Assembly: GCA_964392315.1 (NCBI GenBank)
Contig: CAYMOT010000001.1
Location: 137,578 to 201,577 of the forward strand
Length of the DNA: 64,000 nt
DNA from: an uncultured Candidatus Saccharibacteria bacterium
Lineage (GTDB): Bacteria > Patescibacteriota > 4484-211 > JAGQKX01
Direction: 5' to 3'
Part shown: in pieces, positions 60,648-64,000 of the stretch
How positions within the stretch are numbered: the first letter of the stretch is position 1
Layout: each line of letters begins with the position of its first letter
Position numbers and translations under genes: made by a program
Notes under the pieces: model-generated
What the model was told of the DNA's origin: nothing
What the model saw: the letters and a program-made list of their open reading frames with translations, nothing else
The model's database searches: none

Positions 60648-60838
60648 AGTCATCACATTAATAAGATCGTACTGCCTAAAACACCGAAATGAATATTCAG
60701 GATATTATCTAAAGAAATCTTAGTATTTGCCTTACTTTAAACAAAAAGATGCACTGTATCGATAGGTAGGTTCGGAAATGGTAGACCCTCAATTAATTTG
60801 CATTTGGGGAATATGCTTTCTACAATTGCCATACTACT

Positions 60839-61591
60839 ATGGCGTCAGACCCGGACCTGCCAGTGGCAGACCAGCGCGCACACCACGCTCTTATTCCGAT
60901 TGCTTCACTGTTTTTTTCATTAACCGGAGTATTTGGTATTGCCTCTCTTTCAAACCCAGACATTCCCGGCGACGTTGCAGGACAAGCTTTCCCCCAAGAA
61001 CAACCTCATATTGCACTGTATCCAACTCATACCACGACAACAAGCACCGGCTTCACAACCACCCAAATAATTGAGGAAGAACCCATACCTCACACAACAC
61101 AACACCTACCAAATCCCGCCATGGACGCAGACACAACACAAATCACGCAAAAAGGGAGCAACGGACACATTTCGCGAACATTTGCTATAGACTGGTATTA
61201 CGATGAAGAGGTCTCCCGAACACTCCTGAGCGAAGAACGTACTGAACCGGTCGAAGAAATCATAGAATACGGCACAAAACCACGCTCTATGGAGACACCA
61301 ACAGGATCTTTTGCATACTCAAGAACAATGAAAGTCTACGCAACGAGTTATGACGGATCTTGCAAAGGTTGTAGTGGCATCACCGCAACAGGCACCCGGG
61401 TGTATCATGGCATTTGCGCTGTAGATCCTCGTGTCATCCCACTAGGTACAAAATTCTTCGTCCCCGGATATGGTGTATGCACAGCAGCTGACACCGGAGG
61501 CGCAATTAAAGGAAACAAGATTGATGTCGGTTTTGAAAATATTAAAACTGGCTGGTGGTCAAGTAGGTGGGTTGAAATTTATATCCAATAA
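60839..61591 (+). CDS. 3D-domain (MltA-like) cell-wall-associated protein
   Basis: The C-terminal VYATSYDGSCKGCSGITATGTRV...GICAVDPRVIPLGTKFFVPGYGVCTAADTGGAIKGNKIDV matches the 3D domain with its three conserved Asp residues. The start is uncertain. Confidence 0.55.
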   Translation: MASDPDLPVADQRAHHALIPIASLFFSLTGVFGIASLSNPDIPGDVAGQAFPQEQPHIALYPTHTTTTSTGFTTTQIIEEEPIPHTTQHLPNPAMDADTTQITQKGSNGHISRTFAIDWYYDEEVSRTLLSEERTEPVEEIIEYGTKPRSMETPTGSFAYSRTMKVYATSYDGSCKGCSGITATGTRVYHGICAVDPRVIPLGTKFFVPGYGVCTAADTGGAIKGNKIDVGFENIKTGWWSSRWVEIYIQ

Positions 61592-61595
61592 CGAG

Positions 61596-62330
61596 TTACT
61601 TACTTTTCGACAGTCTCAATAAATCCCGTGTCTCCATAATAAAGATAAAAAGAATGCTAAAAACGAGCGATGTTATCACGAACAATTTTTTTCCCGCAGG
61701 CATGCTGTACATATAAAAGAACACACCTACCGGCACGATAATCTGCATCAATCGATCATTAATGGTTGGCTCCCATGGACTAAACATGACATGCATGATT
61801 TCCAAAACCAACAAAAGAAGCGACGTGATAATGTTCAGCTGAATGCTTGGTTCAGAAAGATCAATAATACCTAAAAACATAAGGTTAAACGGCAACTCTG
61901 GCTCTGGAGTCCAACTATACAGAAGGTGCATATCCCTGCCTTCAAGGCCACCGGCAAAGATGCGAAAGAGCATCAACGCAATAAAAATCTGAATACCCAA
62001 ATTTGCCATCTCAGACGTAATAAGTTTTCTTCGCGATGCAACAAGCTTATTCTTTTCGGCCTTATACCGAAGCGGATCAGAACCTTCATGTCGTCTACGA
62101 AGCAGTTCATATTCACGCCCTATTTGCTCCTTTTCTTCATCCGTCGCACGAGAACCTAGCGTGAGCGGCAAGAGAAGAAAACGGATCACCAAACTCAGCA
62201 ATATAACCGCAATACCCATATCAGGCTTTTCTACTATTAGAGAGAGTCCTTCATAAAAAAGCACCAGTAAATTAAAAAAGAACTGGTATAGTATGCTAAA
62301 CGGAGGTATGTTAAAAAAAGCGTCCAACAT
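61596..62330 (-). CDS. yidC: YidC/Oxa1-family membrane insertase (short form)
   Basis: GIAVILLSLVIRFLLLPLTL and IQIFIALMLFRIF resemble YidC TM2 and TM3. The internal Met start is preferred so that the gene does not overlap the divergent ksgA start. The track ORF begins at 62369. Confidence 0.5.
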   Translation of the reverse strand: MLDAFFNIPPFSILYQFFFNLLVLFYEGLSLIVEKPDMGIAVILLSLVIRFLLLPLTLGSRATDEEKEQIGREYELLRRRHEGSDPLRYKAEKNKLVASRRKLITSEMANLGIQIFIALMLFRIFAGGLEGRDMHLLYSWTPEPELPFNLMFLGIIDLSEPSIQLNIITSLLLLVLEIMHVMFSPWEPTINDRLMQIIVPVGVFFYMYSMPAGKKLFVITSLVFSILFIFIMETRDLLRLSKSK

Positions 62331-62358
62331 CAGCACAATTGTAGCACGTGACGAGGTT

Positions 62359-63102
62359 ATGGCAGACAAATCACTCGGTCAAAACTTCTTAAAGGATAGG
62401 CATATACTTGATTTCCTTCTACAAAACGCACAGCTCGCCAGCGATGACATTGTCGTTGAAATCGGCCCAGGGCAAGGGATTATCACTAAACATCTCGCAC
62501 CACGGGTTAAACACGTGTATGCAGTCGAGCTTGATCCAGATATGATTGCGCGTGCCAAAGCTGCAACTGAAAACTACACCAATATCACATTCCTGCACCA
62601 AGACATCCTTACGTTTGATCCCACAAAACCTCCGCTTAATCACGGTACATATAAGGTTATTGGCGCGATACCCTACAACATCACTTCCCCCATTATTCAT
62701 CTCTTTCTTACAACCGCACACCGTCCCTCCTCGCTTACGCTCATAGTACAAAAAGAAGTCGCCGAGAAAATGGTTGCCCAGCCACCACACGCTTCGTATC
62801 TATCAATGTTTATTCAAAGCAGTGCGAAAGCAGTAATCCTTAAAAACAATATCGCACCTGAAGTATTCACCCCTCCGCCGAAAGTTAAGTCTGCCATAAT
62901 ACATATAACGTGTGAGGCAAATGACATCCCCACAAAGGAGTTTAGCGACTTTCTCCATCGAGGGTTTAAACATCCACGCAAAATGCTGCACGCCGTGTTT
63001 GATCGAGAACTTCTCCATACGGCAGGCATCTCCTCTTCACAACGCCCGTCCGAAGTGACACTTGATCAATGGATACGTCTATTTGAGATTGTGAGAAAAT
63101 AA
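62359..63102 (+). CDS. rsmA: 16S rRNA (adenine1518-N6/adenine1519-N6)-dimethyltransferase
   Basis: LGQNFLKD and the SAM-binding motif VVEIGPGQGIIT. 247 aa. Confidence 0.85.
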   Translation: MADKSLGQNFLKDRHILDFLLQNAQLASDDIVVEIGPGQGIITKHLAPRVKHVYAVELDPDMIARAKAATENYTNITFLHQDILTFDPTKPPLNHGTYKVIGAIPYNITSPIIHLFLTTAHRPSSLTLIVQKEVAEKMVAQPPHASYLSMFIQSSAKAVILKNNIAPEVFTPPPKVKSAIIHITCEANDIPTKEFSDFLHRGFKHPRKMLHAVFDRELLHTAGISSSQRPSEVTLDQWIRLFEIVRK

Positions 63103-63106
63103 GCCC

Positions 63107-64000
63107 ATGCAAGTATCGTTTGATTATTCAGACAAAGCACGTTGGAATGAATTTATCACGACTTCGTCCACAGGACATATGCTGCAGACATGGGAATACG
63201 GTGAGGTGCGACAAGCAATGGGAACGGACATATGTAGAATCGCAGTACATCAAGACGAACATATTCTCGCTGTAATGCAGATGTCAATTCATCCTGTTCC
63301 TCAAGTGCCGTACTCAATAGGCTATGTTCCACGAGGTCCACTATGCAACGATGCTTCGGAAGAGGCACTCCGTGAACTGCTGAGTGGGTTAAAGAATTTT
63401 GCAAAAAAACAACGATTAGCTTTTATAAAAGTTGAGCCAAATATTTCAGTTACCGATCCGGCACGAGAAATGTGGGAAAAGCTATTGCAGGAATATGGCG
63501 TCCGGTCTCCAAACCCGAGATTTATGAATGCCACTTCGTTGCTTGACCTTACAAAGAATGAAGACGAACTATTAATGCGGTGTCGAAAAAACACCCGTTA
63601 CGCTATCAGAAAATCCCAAAGTACCGCTATCGCCTTCAGTGAGGACACGTCCCCGCACGGTCTTGAGACGTTTTATACATTACTCCAAGAAACCGCACAG
63701 CGACAACACTTTCAGCTAGCATCCCGCCCCAAAAAATATTTTGAGCAATTGCTTGCACAATTCCAAGGAAACGCGCACATTTACCTCGCATCAGTACAAA
63801 ACGAACCCGTAGCAAGTGTGCTTACTATTTATGCAGGCCAAACGGCATACTATCCCTATGGTGCTTCATCAACCAATGCACACGGCACTACTGCAACAGA
63901 AGGTCTCCTGTGGCACAGCATTATGAAGGCAAAAGACGCGGGAATGCGAACGTACGACCTGTGGGGCGTACTGCCAAAAGAGGACAAAAATCACCCCTAT
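63107..64000 (+). CDS. FemAB-family peptidoglycan aminoacyltransferase, 3'-truncated by the window edge
   Basis: The ATG is at 63107 and the frame is open to position 64000. WNEFITTSSTGHMLQTWEYGEV is a typical FemAB N-terminus. Confidence 0.65.
   Translation, partial: MQVSFDYSDKARWNEFITTSSTGHMLQTWEYGEVRQAMGTDICRIAVHQDEHILAVMQMSIHPVPQVPYSIGYVPRGPLCNDASEEALRELLSGLKNFAKKQRLAFIKVEPNISVTDPAREMWEKLLQEYGVRSPNPRFMNATSLLDLTKNEDELLMRCRKNTRYAIRKSQSTAIAFSEDTSPHGLETFYTLLQETAQRQHFQLASRPKKYFEQLLAQFQGNAHIYLASVQNEPVASVLTIYAGQTAYYPYGASSTNAHGTTATEGLLWHSIMKAKDAGMRTYDLWGVLPKEDKNHPY

Noticed and set aside
1-64000. CRISPR arrays, rRNA genes, integrases, transposases, reverse transcriptase/DGR
   Set aside because: No evenly spaced short direct repeats with unique spacers, no rRNA-like conserved blocks, and no recombinase, transposase or RT motifs were seen in any frame.

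Overview
The window reads as a low-GC, compact bacterial genome. Its gene content is consistent with a monoderm or CPR/Patescibacteria-like lineage; this is an inference from gene content alone.

The right two-thirds of the window (about 30-64 kb) is mostly core housekeeping genes:
- uppP, then rpoD-dnaG on the minus strand.
- tRNA-Ser, then the hrcA-grpE-dnaK-dnaJ heat-shock operon, hsp20, trpS and groES-groEL.
- lepA, murJ, and an rpsT/holA pair.
- An LCP-family protein and the gap-pgk-tpiA glycolytic operon.
- trx, pcrA/uvrD, a yidC-like gene, ksgA and a partial femAB-family gene.

The left third (1-30 kb) has an accessory character and ends at a tRNA-Asn:
- A kinase-like phosphotransferase, a DUF2975/HTH pair and a CrtI-family oxidoreductase.
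- YdeI, DUF2200, an alcohol dehydrogenase and a PhnB-like protein.
- A type IV pilin, an MFS transporter and an HD-domain protein.
- Two sensor kinases flanking a 22-residue tandem-repeat protein.
- A decayed umuDC locus.
- Several membrane-anchored proteins with Pro/Thr linkers, a NOX-like ferric reductase and a CapA protein.

The most unusual locus is a tightly linked minus-strand cluster at 13.0-18.0 kb. It consists of a DnaQ-type exonuclease fused to a GIY-YIG (Cho-like) nuclease, a 279-aa protein of unknown function, and an 894-aa protein. The 894-aa protein has an unrecognised N-terminal domain of about 620 aa fused to a C-terminal ABC-type ATPase. This cluster converges on a GC-rich 89-aa ORF at a strong shared hairpin terminator. 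Clusters of a repeated TTCCCGC(A)C motif bracket the whole segment.

No CRISPR array, rRNA, integrase or transposase was found.
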